DNA of 64,000 nucleotides from Vulcanimicrobiota bacterium (GTDB lineage: Bacteria > Vulcanimicrobiota > Xenobia > Xenobiales > JADMJV01), in assembly GCA_050250895.1 (NCBI GenBank), contig JBFWNU010000003.1:160001-224000 (forward strand). The letters are read 5' to 3'. The translations under genes were made by a program, and so were the position numbers. Below, piece by piece: positions 11,177-21,703 of the stretch. The notes under the pieces are model-generated. The model was not told the DNA's origin and made no database searches. It was given only the letters and a program-made list of their open reading frames with translations. Positions within the stretch are counted from its first letter, which is position 1. Every line of letters begins with the position of its first letter.

Positions 11177-12031
11177 ATGAACACTAACATTTTTACCTGG
11201 TTGATTTTGTTGGCCAGCTTTCCGGCTGCGTTTTTCGCCGGTCAGTTTAGCGTGTTGGCCGGCTGGTTGGTGATGGGGCTGGGCCTCTGGCTGAGCGCCT
11301 CGCCCCGCCAGATCGCCGAGTGGGAGCGCGGGGTCTTGCTGCGATTCGGCAAGTTCAGCAGGGTCCTCACTCCCGGCATCTCGTGGGTCATCCCGGGCAT
11401 CGACTCCATCACCAAGGTGGTCGACATGCGCATCCGCTCCACTTCGTTCTCGGCTGAGAAGACCCTGACCAGCGACACCGTGCCGGTCAATGTCGATGCG
11501 GTCCTGTTCTGGGTGGTCACCGATGCCAAGCAGGCCGTGATTGAAGTCGAGGATTTCCTCACGACGATTAGCTGGGCCGCCCAGACCACGCTGCGCGACG
11601 TCATCGGTCAGACCGAGCTGGTTCGGATGATTTCCGACCGCAAGTCGATCGATGCCGAGCTGCAGAAAATCATCGACAGCAAGACCAGCGACTGGGGTAT
11701 CACCGTACAGTCGGTCGAGATTCGCGATATGAAGATCCCGGCTGCTCTCGAGGATGCCATGAGCCGTAAGGCCCAGGCCGACCGCGAGAAAGAAGCTCGC
11801 ATCATCCTGGCCGAGTCCGAGCTGCGGGTGGCCGACGAGATGGAAAAGGCGGCCCGAGTCTACAACCGTGACCCGATTGCTCTGCAAATCCGGGCCATGA
11901 ACATGACCTACGAGTCGATCAAGGAAAGGGGTGCCCTGATGGTGGTTCCCAGTGAAATGATGAGCTCGATGAACGGCAGTCTGCTAGGAATGGGGACGGC
12001 CTGCTTCGAGCCCGAGACGGTGGTGAACTGA
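11177..12031 (+). CDS. SPFH/stomatin (slipin) family membrane protein
   Basis: N-terminal TM, ERGVLLRFGK, VNVDAV, AQTTLRDVIG, WGITVQSVEIRD. Confidence 0.92.
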   Translation: MNTNIFTWLILLASFPAAFFAGQFSVLAGWLVMGLGLWLSASPRQIAEWERGVLLRFGKFSRVLTPGISWVIPGIDSITKVVDMRIRSTSFSAEKTLTSDTVPVNVDAVLFWVVTDAKQAVIEVEDFLTTISWAAQTTLRDVIGQTELVRMISDRKSIDAELQKIIDSKTSDWGITVQSVEIRDMKIPAALEDAMSRKAQADREKEARIILAESELRVADEMEKAARVYNRDPIALQIRAMNMTYESIKERGALMVVPSEMMSSMNGSLLGMGTACFEPETVVN

Positions 12032-12588
12032 TGTTTCCGCTCGCGGCGGCGGCCCTCTTTCGCAGGTCCCTCGAGCTCGAAGGGGTTCGCCTGGACCAGG
12101 CCACCTTGTTTCCTCTCTTCGATGAGACCGGCAAAGTCTTTAAGCTGCTGCTGGTGGTCGAAGAGCCGGTCCTGGTGGCGCTCATCGACTGGCGACCCGG
12201 CCTGGTGAGTAAGCCGTTCTTCGGTCCGGTCCGGCTGGGCGTGCGACTCAATTCGCTCGACGACCTGACCGCTCGCGAGGCCAACGAGGCTACCGGTTGG
12301 TGGCACTTCGACCCCTGGTGGTTGCTCACCGAGCCGCACCTGTGCAAGCATCCTTCGGCGGCTCAGCTGCGCACGACCAACTGCGTGAACGAATTGGAAA
12401 AGGTGACCTCCGTGAACTTCGCTCGCGACCTGTCGATGGTAACCTCGCTCGGTCACACTCGCGACGGCGAGTTGCGAGTGGTGCCGTTGGAGCCGGGCTG
12501 GCTGCCCCGGCGGACCGTAGAAGCGACTCCCTCGAGTCGGCGCACGGTGTGGCGCCTACGACCGTTCTGGCAGCGACCAGCCAGCTAG
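12031..12588 (+). CDS. Hypothetical protein, third gene of the GntR-SPFH operon
   Basis: TGATG coupling to the SPFH gene; followed by a terminator. Confidence 0.7.
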   Translation: MFPLAAAALFRRSLELEGVRLDQATLFPLFDETGKVFKLLLVVEEPVLVALIDWRPGLVSKPFFGPVRLGVRLNSLDDLTAREANEATGWWHFDPWWLLTEPHLCKHPSAAQLRTTNCVNELEKVTSVNFARDLSMVTSLGHTRDGELRVVPLEPGWLPRRTVEATPSSRRTVWRLRPFWQRPAS

Positions 12589-12596
12589 AAACACAA

Positions 12597-12631
12597 GAGC
12601 CGCGCGGGCAACCGCGCGGCTCAATTTCTTT
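12597..12631. terminator. Intrinsic terminator between convergent genes
   Basis: GAGCCGCGCGG-GCAA-CCGCGCGGCTC followed by AATTTCTTT. Confidence 0.8.
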
Positions 12632-12640
12632 GGGTGTTGT

Positions 12641-12931
12641 CTAAACGAATCGGGACCAGGTTCTGGTGGTCTCGCCGTTGGTGGCGGCCAGGGCGGCCCC
12701 GTGATGGTTAGGGCCGAATCCGGCTACGCCGCCGACGGCTCCACGCGGCCCGGCGGCCCCGGCCACGGCGACTCCGGCGTCGATGGTGCCGTCGCTACCT
12801 TGGTCGAAGGCCAGTCCGGCTACTCCCGCGCCGCGGGTTCCGGCTTCGTTGGCCACTCCCGCGCCACCCCAGTACCAGGTGTTGCCGGCGCGTCCAGTGT
12901 AGCTGTTGACTCCCGAGTTGTAGACCTGCAT
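12641..12931 (-). CDS. Small Gly/Ala-rich hypothetical protein
   Basis: RBS GGAGG upstream; 96 aa with repeated AGVA motifs. Confidence 0.7.
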   Translation of the reverse strand: MQVYNSGVNSYTGRAGNTWYWGGAGVANEAGTRGAGVAGLAFDQGSDGTIDAGVAVAGAAGPRGAVGGVAGFGPNHHGAALAATNGETTRTWSRFV

Positions 12932-13050
12932 CGTTCGTTTCCTCCGTGGTTTCTTTCGTTGTGGCTATGTCCAGAGAATAGCCCTCCTCGTTGTCAGGCC
13001 GCCAACAGGCCGCTTACAGGTCGCTTACAGAGGTTAAACGTTTGTGCGCT

Positions 13051-13239
13051 CTAGCGATAGGCTCCCCGATAGGCCCCAACGGCGTTGCGCTGTGCGTTGT
13101 GATGGCCTGCCACTCCGGCTTTGCGGCCGCTGGATCGGGCCGGTTTGGTGGTGGGGTTCGGGACGGGGCCAACGGCCAGATCATACAGACTAGGAGTTCT
13201 CGGAGCATTGCGGGCGGTTCCTGCGGTGGGGTTAATCAT
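13051..13239 (-). CDS. Small hypothetical protein (62 aa, MINPTAGTARN...)
   Basis: RBS AGGAGG 8 nt before ATG 13239; same strand as 12641-12931. Confidence 0.55.
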   Translation of the reverse strand: MINPTAGTARNAPRTPSLYDLAVGPVPNPTTKPARSSGRKAGVAGHHNAQRNAVGAYRGAYR

Positions 13240-13460
13240 TGGGGTTGCCTCCTGTTTGGTTGATGCCATCACCTTATCAGGCGAAGGCTCGAACAGCGTC
13301 TGAATCTCGGGTTGCTTGTTGCCGATTTGTAAAATTTCGGTTCTGGATGCCCCCGGGGGGTACTACCCTGTTCGAATGCCCGGGGTCAATACGGCCGGAG
13401 GGCGAGTTGCCTTCGCTCGCTAGCTACCATGGGCTTATACCACTCAGGAGGAAATTCCAA

Positions 13461-14255
13461 ATGATGAAACATTTTATCGCTAGTGTAGCTGCCGCTTCTT
13501 GCCTGTTGGCGGCTGGACCGGCTATGGCCCACGAAGACAATACCACCATGATCCGCGACGATTCCAAGTCGATCGTCAATCTCGACGACCGTGGCCTGAT
13601 CATGTTCCACGAACCGGTGGCCATCGAAGGCACCGTGCGCGGCGTCCATATGGGGCAGATTCAGATCGAGGCCGAGAACAACCAGATGATCGAAGTGCCT
13701 CACATGGCCCTGGTCTGGAATGGCGACACCAAGATCTTCGCCCAGGACTGCGAGATTGGCGACCACGTCATCATGCATCTGCGTCAGGGCGAGCCTTATG
13801 ACGTGATGAAGATGGCCAACGGTGACCTGGCTCTGTTGAGCTACGACGGGGTATTTCGTGTGCCCGAGAGCTTCATCGCCGCCATCGACATCGATGGCCT
13901 GGATGGTGACATCTATGCCAATACCGATGACCGCAACTATACCTTGAACGACCGCTACATCGACGCCGACAACGACGGCATTCGTGATGACCACGACGCC
14001 TGGGTCGACGTCGATAACGACGGCATCAACGACTCCGGCGACACCTTCGTGGACGCCGATAAAGACGGCATCCGCGACGACCACGACTCCTTCGTAGACG
14101 CCGATAACGATGGCATGCGTGACAAAGTGACCTATACCGACGTCAACAAGAATGGCATTCGCGACGATGTCGAAGACTATCGCAGCTATGACTACGACCT
14201 GCGTGACCAGGCCGTGAGCGTCGACCAGGATGACGACGAACTCGTCACCCGCTAA
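13461..14255 (+). CDS. Secreted protein with Asp-rich DxDxDG (thrombospondin type-3-like) Ca-binding repeats
   Basis: RBS AGGAGG; signal peptide ending AMA; repeats DADNDGIRDD, DVDNDGIND, DADKDGIRDD, DADNDGMRD, DVNKNGIRDD. Confidence 0.85.
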   Translation: MMKHFIASVAAASCLLAAGPAMAHEDNTTMIRDDSKSIVNLDDRGLIMFHEPVAIEGTVRGVHMGQIQIEAENNQMIEVPHMALVWNGDTKIFAQDCEIGDHVIMHLRQGEPYDVMKMANGDLALLSYDGVFRVPESFIAAIDIDGLDGDIYANTDDRNYTLNDRYIDADNDGIRDDHDAWVDVDNDGINDSGDTFVDADKDGIRDDHDSFVDADNDGMRDKVTYTDVNKNGIRDDVEDYRSYDYDLRDQAVSVDQDDDELVTR

Positions 14256-14272
14256 TCGATAGCTTAATCCTT

Positions 14273-14310
14273 GACCGCGAAGGTGGGGCCACCTTCGCGG
14301 TCTTTCTTTT
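14273..14310 (+). terminator. Rho-independent terminator
   Basis: Inverted repeat GACCGCGAAGGTGG/CCACCTTCGCGGTC followed by TTTCTTTT. Confidence 0.88.
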
Positions 14311-14350
14311 GTCCAGAAGGCTCCGCGCCCCTGAAAGCGAAGGCGCGGCC

Positions 14351-14806
14351 ATGCCTTCTTACTGGCTTTTCAAGAGTGAACCTGATGTCTTTTCGATCGA
14401 CGATCTGGCGGCCGTCGAGAGCGAGCATTGGGACGGCGTTCGCAACTATCAAGCCCGCAACAACCTGCAGGCCATGAAAGTCGGCGATCTCGGGTTTTTC
14501 TATCACAGCCGCCTGAATCCATCCGGTATCGTCGGTATTTGTGAAGTGGTGAAAGAGGCCTACCCCGACCACACGGCCTTCGACCCCAAGAACAAGTATT
14601 ACGATCCAAAGTCCACTCCCGAGAAGCCACGCTGGTTCATGGTCGACATCAAGTTCGTAGACAAGTTCTCGCGCATGATCGACCTGCACGAGGTCAAGTC
14701 TGACCCCAAGTTGGCCGAGATGGCTCTGGTCAAGAGCAGCCGTCTCTCGGTGCAGCCCGTGTCTGCCAAAGAGTGGAAGCACATCTGTAAACTCGCTGGC
14801 GGTTAA
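14351..14806 (+). CDS. EVE domain protein
   Basis: [32 protein letters not shown]. Confidence 0.95.
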   Translation: MPSYWLFKSEPDVFSIDDLAAVESEHWDGVRNYQARNNLQAMKVGDLGFFYHSRLNPSGIVGICEVVKEAYPDHTAFDPKNKYYDPKSTPEKPRWFMVDIKFVDKFSRMIDLHEVKSDPKLAEMALVKSSRLSVQPVSAKEWKHICKLAGG

Positions 14807-14808
14807 TC

Positions 14809-16197
14809 ATGGACGTGCTCATGCTGGCCAGGTTGCAGTTCGCCCTGACCATCATGTTCCATTATCTCTTTCCGCCCCTCACCATCGGGCTGGGGATGCT
14901 GATGGTGGTGGTGGAGGGTCTCTATCTCAAGACCGGCGACCCTCGTTACCGGACCATCGCCCGCTTCTGGACGCGCCTCTTTGCCGTCAACTTCGCCATG
15001 GGCGTGGCCACCGGCATCGTGATGGAGTTCGAGTTCGGCACCAACTGGGCCACCTATTCGCGCTATGTCGGGGACGTGTTCGGCTCGGCCCTGGCCGCCG
15101 AGGGGATCTTTGCCTTCTTTCTCGAGTCTGGCTTTTTGGGAGTGGTCGTCTTTGGCTGGGAGCGGGTTTCTAAGCGGTTTCATTTCTTTGCCACCTGCAT
15201 GGTTTGTCTGGGTGGCTTTTTCTCGTCCATCTGGATCGTCATCGCGAACTCTTTCATGCAGACTCCGGCTGGGTTTCACCTGGTCGAGCACCCCCACGGC
15301 ATGCGAGCCGAGATCACCGATTTTTGGGCCATGGTGTTCAATCCCTCGAGTCTCGACAGGCTCGTTCATGTGTGGCTGGGTTCGTTCATCCTGGGAGCCT
15401 TTTTCGCCCTCTCCATCGCCTCGTTCTATGTCTTGAGGGGCCGCCACCCCGAGGTGGCCCCGCTGATGGTCAAGATCAGTCTGGCCTTTGCCACCCTCTG
15501 GTCGACTTTGATGCTGGTGTCGGGCGACTCTAACGCCCGCATGGTGGCGCGCGAGCAACCGGCCAAGATGGCCGCCTTCGAGGCGCTCTTCAAGACCACC
15601 GAAGGGGCCACCGGATTCTGGCTGGTCGGCTGGCCCGACGCCGACCAGGAGAAGGTCACCGGGATCGAGGTTCCCGGTTTGCTCAGCTTGCTCGTCCATC
15701 GCGATCTCGAGACGCCGGTGGCCGGACTGGATCAGGTCCCCGCCGACGAGCGTCCGCCGATCTGGCTGCCTTTTCAGGCTTATCATCTGATGATCGCCCT
15801 GGGCACCGCTTTCATCGGACTCAGCTGGCTGGGGTGTTTCTTCTGGTGGCGGGGCACATTGTTCGAGCAGCGCTGGCTGCTCTGGCTCTTTGTCTTCAGT
15901 GTGCTAGGAGCCTACGCCGCCAACGAGGCGGGCTGGGTTGCCGCCGAGGTGGGGCGCCAACCCTGGGTGGTCTATGGTTTGCTGCGCACCGACCAGGGCT
16001 TGTCCCAGGCGGTGGTCGCCAGCCAGGTGCTGGCCTCGATCCTGATGTTCGGCGTCGTCTACTTCCTGCTGTTTCTGGTTTGGGTCTTCGTGATGAACAA
16101 CAAGATCCGCCACGGTCCCGAGGACATCGAGGCCGAACCTCGGCACAGCGAGAATCCGCTGGCGGTGGCGGCCACCCGCTATGAGGAAGAACCGTGA
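14809..16197 (+). CDS. cydA: Cytochrome bd ubiquinol oxidase subunit I
   Basis: [43 protein letters not shown]. Confidence 0.97.
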   Translation: MDVLMLARLQFALTIMFHYLFPPLTIGLGMLMVVVEGLYLKTGDPRYRTIARFWTRLFAVNFAMGVATGIVMEFEFGTNWATYSRYVGDVFGSALAAEGIFAFFLESGFLGVVVFGWERVSKRFHFFATCMVCLGGFFSSIWIVIANSFMQTPAGFHLVEHPHGMRAEITDFWAMVFNPSSLDRLVHVWLGSFILGAFFALSIASFYVLRGRHPEVAPLMVKISLAFATLWSTLMLVSGDSNARMVAREQPAKMAAFEALFKTTEGATGFWLVGWPDADQEKVTGIEVPGLLSLLVHRDLETPVAGLDQVPADERPPIWLPFQAYHLMIALGTAFIGLSWLGCFFWWRGTLFEQRWLLWLFVFSVLGAYAANEAGWVAAEVGRQPWVVYGLLRTDQGLSQAVVASQVLASILMFGVVYFLLFLVWVFVMNNKIRHGPEDIEAEPRHSENPLAVAATRYEEEP

Positions 16198-17210
16198 TGG
16201 ACCTCAACATCTTCTGGTTCGTGCTGGTGGGGGTGTTGTTGGCCGGTTATGCCGTGCTCGACGGCTTTGACCTGGGGGTCGGCATCGTTCACTTCACGGC
16301 CCGGGACGACCGCCAGCGTCGGCTCTACATGAACTCGATCGGGCCCCTCTGGGACGGCAACGAGGTGTGGCTGGTGACCTTCGGCGGAGCCCTCTTTGCG
16401 GCCTTTCCCGAGGTCTACGCCACCGCTTTCTCGGCCTTCTACACGCCTTTCATGCTCCTGCTCTGCGGCTTGATTTTTCGAGCGGTGTCGATGGAGTTTC
16501 GCAGTAAGGCCGAGTGGCCCTGGTGGCGCAGCTTCTGGGATTTTTGCTTCTCGGCGTCGTGCACGGCCGTGGCTTTTCTTTATGGGGTGGCGGTGGGCAA
16601 CTCGCTGTTGGGACTGGCCATCGGCCCCAGGGGCGTCTTTGAGGGCCGAACCCTCGACCTGCTGGGCTTTTACCCGATGTTGGTGGGCGCGCTGGTGGTG
16701 GCCCTGTTCGCCATGCACGGGGCCATCTTTCTTTACCTCAAGAACGAGGGCGAGTTGCAACAGCAACTGAAACCCTTGATGTGGAAGTGCTACGGAATCT
16801 TCTTGGTGCTCTATCTGTTCGCCACCATCTACACCCTGGTGGAAGTGCCAGCGGCCATCCCCAACCAGAAGGGGCCCATCTTTTGGCTGGCCATCTTTCT
16901 CAACGTGGCCGCCATCGGCAACATTCCTCGAGCCATCTATTACGGCCGCGAGTTCGACGCCTTCCTCTCGTCGGCGCTCGTGATCCTGGCCCTGACCTTT
17001 TTGTTCGGCGCGGCGCTCTTTCCCAATTTGATGGTCTCGAACCTCGACCCGGCCTACAGCCTGACCGTCTACAGCGCGGCCTCGTCCCAGTCGACGCTCA
17101 AGTTGATGCGGGTCATCGCTTTTTTAGGTATGCCGTTCGTGATGACCTATACCGGCGTCATCTACTGGGTGTTTCGAGGCAAGACCCAGCTCGACGAGCA
17201 CTCCTATTAA
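16194..17210 (+). CDS. cydB: Cytochrome bd ubiquinol oxidase subunit II
   Basis: [29 protein letters not shown]; GTGA overlap with cydA. Confidence 0.97.
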   Translation: MMDLNIFWFVLVGVLLAGYAVLDGFDLGVGIVHFTARDDRQRRLYMNSIGPLWDGNEVWLVTFGGALFAAFPEVYATAFSAFYTPFMLLLCGLIFRAVSMEFRSKAEWPWWRSFWDFCFSASCTAVAFLYGVAVGNSLLGLAIGPRGVFEGRTLDLLGFYPMLVGALVVALFAMHGAIFLYLKNEGELQQQLKPLMWKCYGIFLVLYLFATIYTLVEVPAAIPNQKGPIFWLAIFLNVAAIGNIPRAIYYGREFDAFLSSALVILALTFLFGAALFPNLMVSNLDPAYSLTVYSAASSQSTLKLMRVIAFLGMPFVMTYTGVIYWVFRGKTQLDEHSY

Positions 17211-17245
17211 GTCTTCTTTGAGGGGGCTCGACTAGGCTGGGAAGA

Positions 17246-20200
17246 ATGAAGATCGGGTCGTTCCAACCCAATACCCCGCCCGTGCGCACCGCTGCCGTCT
17301 CGCCCGCCCTGGTCGACGCCTATCGCCCCTGGCAGGCTGAGGGAGATTGGCAAACCGGCACCAACTGGCGCGGTCAGGCCATCTGGAAGAGCAACTCGGG
17401 CCGCTACGAGGACAGCCAGAACACCAGTCTGACCAGCCAGCCCCTGTCGCTGCGGGGGTTGACCCAGCCGCGCTTGAAGTTCCGTTGTGGCTACGGCCTC
17501 GAGGACAGCTACGACCATGTCCATCTCGAACTCAAGACCGAACACGGCAGCTGGCGCGAACTCAAGGACTTCACCGGCAAGACCTGGCTGGGCAAAGATG
17601 TCGACCTCGACCTGTCTGGTTATCAGGGAGAAGTCGTCCAGTTGCGGTTTCGGTTGCGCACCGACGGCAGCAATTCGGGCAGCGGTTTCAAGTTTTCCAA
17701 GCTTCGCCTGGAAGGGTTCGACTTCGAGGGCAAGCCTGTAAACCACTCGTTGCAATCGACCCAGGGACCCGATTTGAGTGGCCTCTCCGATCAGCAGTCG
17801 GCGCAGCTCGAGCAGCTGACCCGTCAGTTGGGAAGCCCCGAGGATGCCTATCTTTTGTGGCAGAGCCATCCCAATCCTCAGCCGGGCCTGGTCGAGCTGA
17901 CCCGTCAGGCCGGAGCGGCCGAGGCGGTGGCCAGCTGGCCCCTGGTCGAGGCCGACGACAAGGCTCAAGAGCGCATGGAATGGCTACGCCAAAAGGTGGA
18001 CGGAAAGCTGGCTCGCCAGGTCTGGCCCACGGTCCAGGCCGGCGACGAGAGCTCTTTAGAAGCGCTGGCTGCTGCCTCGGGCAGTTTTGCCAAAGCCGCT
18101 CAGCTCTGGCCGTTGGTGGCCGAGCGACGCGATCAGGCTGATTTCTCGGACCTGCTGGATGGTTTGGGCAAACTGGCTAGCGAGGCTGAACCCGAGGAAA
18201 TCAAAAATCGCTGGTCTTTGCTCGGGCATGGTCCCCAGACTCTGACCGACCGGCTAAGCCTGTACCGGGCCGCCCGCCGCCTGTCTGAAAAGGACGGGGT
18301 GGAACTCTATTGCAAGCTGGTCACGGCCGGCGCCGACGGAAGCACCGGCCAGACCCTGCACGACCTGCTCAGCCACAACCGGGACTGGAGTGGCGACTGG
18401 GGTCAGGAGAAGAGCCTGTTAAAAGGCCAGGTTTGGAGCGATAGCCCGGGCGGAAAGTATGCCAGCAGCGCTCGCACCAGCCTGACCAGCCCGCCCATTC
18501 CGCTGGCCGAATGCGAGCAGCCGAAGGTCCACTTTTCGGCCTTCTATAGTCTCGAAGATGGCTACGACAAGGTGCATCTCGAGGCGGCCGGGCGCGACGG
18601 ACACTGGCGGTCGCTAGACACGTTCACCGGCAGCAGCTGGATGTGGAAGCACAAGTCCTATGCCCTGGACGCCTTCGGACGCCAGCCCGTGCGCTTTCGC
18701 TTTCGCCTCGAGAGCGATGGCTCCAACGAGAAAGACGGCTTTTCGCTGGCCGACCTGCGGGTCGAGGATTCGGCCGGCCGCTGCCTGCGGCCCGAGGGCA
18801 AACCCGATGCGTTCGCCCAACCCCTGGTCGATTTCGCCATTGCTCATCCTGACCGCCTCGAGCAGCTGGGCTCGGTGGCCGACCAGCTGGGCTCGGTGCG
18901 ATCGGGCTTGGACTTTCTGCAGGCCTTCGATACGCCCGCCAACCACCCCCAACAGGCTCAGCACCGCCAGGCCCTGGTCGAACTCTTCGATCTGGCCGGC
19001 TCGAAGGCGGCGGCTGCCTGCTGGCCCCTCATCAAAAGCTCCAGGGAAAAGGACTTCGCGGGTCAGGCGGCCTTGCTCAAGTGGGGCCTCGACCAGACGG
19101 GGCCCGACCAGCTCAAAGCTCTGTGGCCAAGCCTGGCCTCCGGCGACCAGTCTCGGCTGGCTGCCTTCACCCGGCAGTTGGGCAGCTTCGAGAGCGCTGC
19201 TTCGCTCTGGCCGCTGGTCTCGCAGCGACGCCACCAACCGGGCTTTGACGGCGAGCTGACCCAACTCGCGTCGTTGGTGGAAACGGTCGGCCTTGACGAG
19301 GCCCGTCGCCGACTTTCTGGGCAGACCGATTTGGAGAGTCACCTGGCCCTCGAAGAAGTGGCTTCGCGACTGGCACCCGGCCAGTCGGAACCTCTCTCGC
19401 AGCGGCTTCACCAGGCCGGTCTCGACCCGGCCGGAGTCAAGGCGCTACTGTCTTTGACCGAGCAGATGACCTTCTGGAAGGCCGAGGGCAGCTGGGGTAG
19501 GGAAGGCAGCCTGTTCAAGGGTTCATGCTGGAGCGATAGTCCCAAAGCCAACTATCCTGACAGCGCCGACTATTCCCTCACCAGCCAGCCGTTGGACCTC
19601 TTCGGTCTCAAAGAGGCCACCCTCCATCTTTCTTCGCGCTTTTCGTTGGAAGACGGCTATGATTTCGCTCGTCTCGAGTTGGGCACGGCCGACGGCCGCT
19701 GGCACGAGTTGCACAAATTCACCGGCAACCGCCCGGTTTGGTGGAGTAACGACTTTGATCTGGGCGACTACGCCGGCCAGAAGGTTCGCTTGCGGTTTCG
19801 CCTCACCAGCGACGGCTCGCGCGCCAAGAGCGGCTTTTCCTTTGCTGGCCTGCGACTTGACGGCCGGGCCCCCGATGGCTCGAGAATCAGTCGTCACCTC
19901 GACCAGCCCGACCGTAGCCAGTCCATCCAGCAGCTGGTGGACCTGGCCTGCGATCCCAACCTGCCGGCGGCCGAGCGCAGCCAGAAGCTGCAGACTCTCG
20001 ACAGCGTCTCGCAGCGATTGAATAGTCCCGAAGCAGGCTTGGCCTTCATGCCTTTCGACCAGAGCCCCGAACGCGAGCTGGTCCTGCAGGCTTTCGCCAG
20101 CTGCGGAGAGGGGGCGGCCGGTCGGGCGGCCAGCCTGGGCGTCTCCTTGCGGGACCGCGATCCCACCCTGAAGTGGCTCAGCCAGCACGGCCAGACCGGC

Positions 20201-21493
20201 AGCGACGAGTTCTGGCGCCGCTGCCTGAGCAACAACGGCCTGGTTCCTTCGACACTCGATCGCATCAGCCGGCTGGCCGAACAGTTGGCTCGGCAACCCG
20301 AGCAGCGCCAGGCCTTCGTCGAGGCGATCGTGGCCGGCGGCGCCTGGGACATCCAGCAGCTACACATGCTCGAGGGCATGGCCCACAACCTGACCGGCTG
20401 GAAGTCCGAGAGCGGCTGGGGTGCCGAGCGTACCTGGTTGCACGGCAAGGTCTGGTCCGATAGCCCGGGAGGCAAGACGCCCTCGAATGCCGACCACCGG
20501 CTGGTCAGCTCGCCCCTTTCTCTGAAGGGCCTCAGCGATACCCGCCTGGCTCTCACCGGCAGCTTCAGTCTGGAAGACGGCTACGACCACCTTCACGTGG
20601 AAGTGCAGGCGGGCGGCAGCTGGCGGACCGCCGAGAGCTATACCGGACGCGGCTTCTGGCGCACCCGCGAGGTGGATCTGAGCAGCTACGACGGTCAGGA
20701 CATTCAGCTTCGCCTGCGCCTGAATACCGACGGGAGCAAGAACGGCGACGGTTTCAAACTGGGCAAGGCCACCATCAAGGCGAACCGCAACGGCAAGCCG
20801 GTCAACCTGGTGATCGGGCAGTCGCCCGACGAAAACCTGGCCAGTTCGCTGGTGCGCTACCTGGACAAGCCCGAGACGCTGGGGGTCTGGATGCGGTTGG
20901 TTGGCCTGGGCATGGCTCCCGACGCCCAGCACGCCTTGCTCGACCTGGCTCACAACGGCGTCGATTCGTCCCAGCTGCTGAAGCTGCTCGAGTTTTCTGG
21001 CCTCGATCGGGCCGAAGAGCTGTGGCAGAAGGTGGCCCAGGATCCGGCCCGATTGTTGCCGGTGATGGCCTCGGCCCACTATCTGGCCGACGCCACGGAC
21101 AAGCCCGAGCTGCCTTTGTATGAACGCCTCTCCCAGTCAAGGGTCGAGGGGACCTCGCTCGAGCGCCTGGCCCGCCAGGCCGACGCTGCCGACGCGGACT
21201 ATCTGGTGCGCCTGGCCGGCTCGAGCCACCGCGACCGGGACAAGGCTTTGCGCTTGCTGGCCTCGGGTCGCGAGCCGGCCGCCGTGGTCAAGTTTCTGGC
21301 CGGCAAGAGCCGGGGCGCGGTTTCGGTCAGCGGTACCATCGACTTTCTCGACCGCCTCAGCCGGGCCACCCTGCTCGAGGACACCCCGTTGCAAGAGCTG
21401 ATGGAGTCGCTCTATCGCGAGTCGACCGAGCTGCTGCTCGACGACGAGTCGCTCACCGTCGGCGACTACACCGTCGAGGTTCGCTCGGAGTAG
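17246..21493 (+). CDS. 1415-aa protein with four MAM/immune-inhibitor-A-like beta-sandwich repeats separated by helical repeats
   Basis: Four copies of WSDSP..SLTSxPLxL..LEDGYD..W..FTG..DL..RFRLxxDGS..GF; no signal peptide. Confidence 0.8.
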   Translation: MKIGSFQPNTPPVRTAAVSPALVDAYRPWQAEGDWQTGTNWRGQAIWKSNSGRYEDSQNTSLTSQPLSLRGLTQPRLKFRCGYGLEDSYDHVHLELKTEHGSWRELKDFTGKTWLGKDVDLDLSGYQGEVVQLRFRLRTDGSNSGSGFKFSKLRLEGFDFEGKPVNHSLQSTQGPDLSGLSDQQSAQLEQLTRQLGSPEDAYLLWQSHPNPQPGLVELTRQAGAAEAVASWPLVEADDKAQERMEWLRQKVDGKLARQVWPTVQAGDESSLEALAAASGSFAKAAQLWPLVAERRDQADFSDLLDGLGKLASEAEPEEIKNRWSLLGHGPQTLTDRLSLYRAARRLSEKDGVELYCKLVTAGADGSTGQTLHDLLSHNRDWSGDWGQEKSLLKGQVWSDSPGGKYASSARTSLTSPPIPLAECEQPKVHFSAFYSLEDGYDKVHLEAAGRDGHWRSLDTFTGSSWMWKHKSYALDAFGRQPVRFRFRLESDGSNEKDGFSLADLRVEDSAGRCLRPEGKPDAFAQPLVDFAIAHPDRLEQLGSVADQLGSVRSGLDFLQAFDTPANHPQQAQHRQALVELFDLAGSKAAAACWPLIKSSREKDFAGQAALLKWGLDQTGPDQLKALWPSLASGDQSRLAAFTRQLGSFESAASLWPLVSQRRHQPGFDGELTQLASLVETVGLDEARRRLSGQTDLESHLALEEVASRLAPGQSEPLSQRLHQAGLDPAGVKALLSLTEQMTFWKAEGSWGREGSLFKGSCWSDSPKANYPDSADYSLTSQPLDLFGLKEATLHLSSRFSLEDGYDFARLELGTADGRWHELHKFTGNRPVWWSNDFDLGDYAGQKVRLRFRLTSDGSRAKSGFSFAGLRLDGRAPDGSRISRHLDQPDRSQSIQQLVDLACDPNLPAAERSQKLQTLDSVSQRLNSPEAGLAFMPFDQSPERELVLQAFASCGEGAAGRAASLGVSLRDRDPTLKWLSQHGQTGSDEFWRRCLSNNGLVPSTLDRISRLAEQLARQPEQRQAFVEAIVAGGAWDIQQLHMLEGMAHNLTGWKSESGWGAERTWLHGKVWSDSPGGKTPSNADHRLVSSPLSLKGLSDTRLALTGSFSLEDGYDHLHVEVQAGGSWRTAESYTGRGFWRTREVDLSSYDGQDIQLRLRLNTDGSKNGDGFKLGKATIKANRNGKPVNLVIGQSPDENLASSLVRYLDKPETLGVWMRLVGLGMAPDAQHALLDLAHNGVDSSQLLKLLEFSGLDRAEELWQKVAQDPARLLPVMASAHYLADATDKPELPLYERLSQSRVEGTSLERLARQADAADADYLVRLAGSSHRDRDKALRLLASGREPAAVVKFLAGKSRGAVSVSGTIDFLDRLSRATLLEDTPLQELMESLYRESTELLLDDESLTVGDYTVEVRSE

Positions 21494-21536
21494 CACTGGC
21501 TCGCCGTTGCGTGGGCCGGGACCAGGATGGGCCCGG

Positions 21537-21619
21537 TTGTGCGCCGCACAATGAGTCGACCGGCGTGTACGGCGCACACGTGCGCCGCACAATAGCTCGA
21601 CCGAGGTGTGCGGCGCACA
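21537..21619. repeat. Cluster of four short palindromes (T)GTGCG-N-CGCAC(A)
   Basis: At 21537-21551, 21565-21579 (1 mismatch), 21580-21590, 21607-21619. Confidence 0.85.
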
Positions 21620-21703
21620 TTTGGCAGGCGGCGAGGGCTCGCACCTGTGGTTGGCGGCGTCGGTCTAGCGGTACAGTCGCGGGGGCGCATTTCGGATTTC
21701 GAG

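Noticed and set aside
13350-13386. GTTCGAAT flanked by CCCCGG-like stems, resembling a tRNA T-loop
   Set aside because: No T-stem pairing and no cloverleaf or acceptor stem can be built
13960-14170. Repeated GACGCCGAYAAYGAYGGCAT units as a possible CRISPR array
   Set aside because: In-frame, degenerate at third positions, encode DxDxDG repeats; no cas genes
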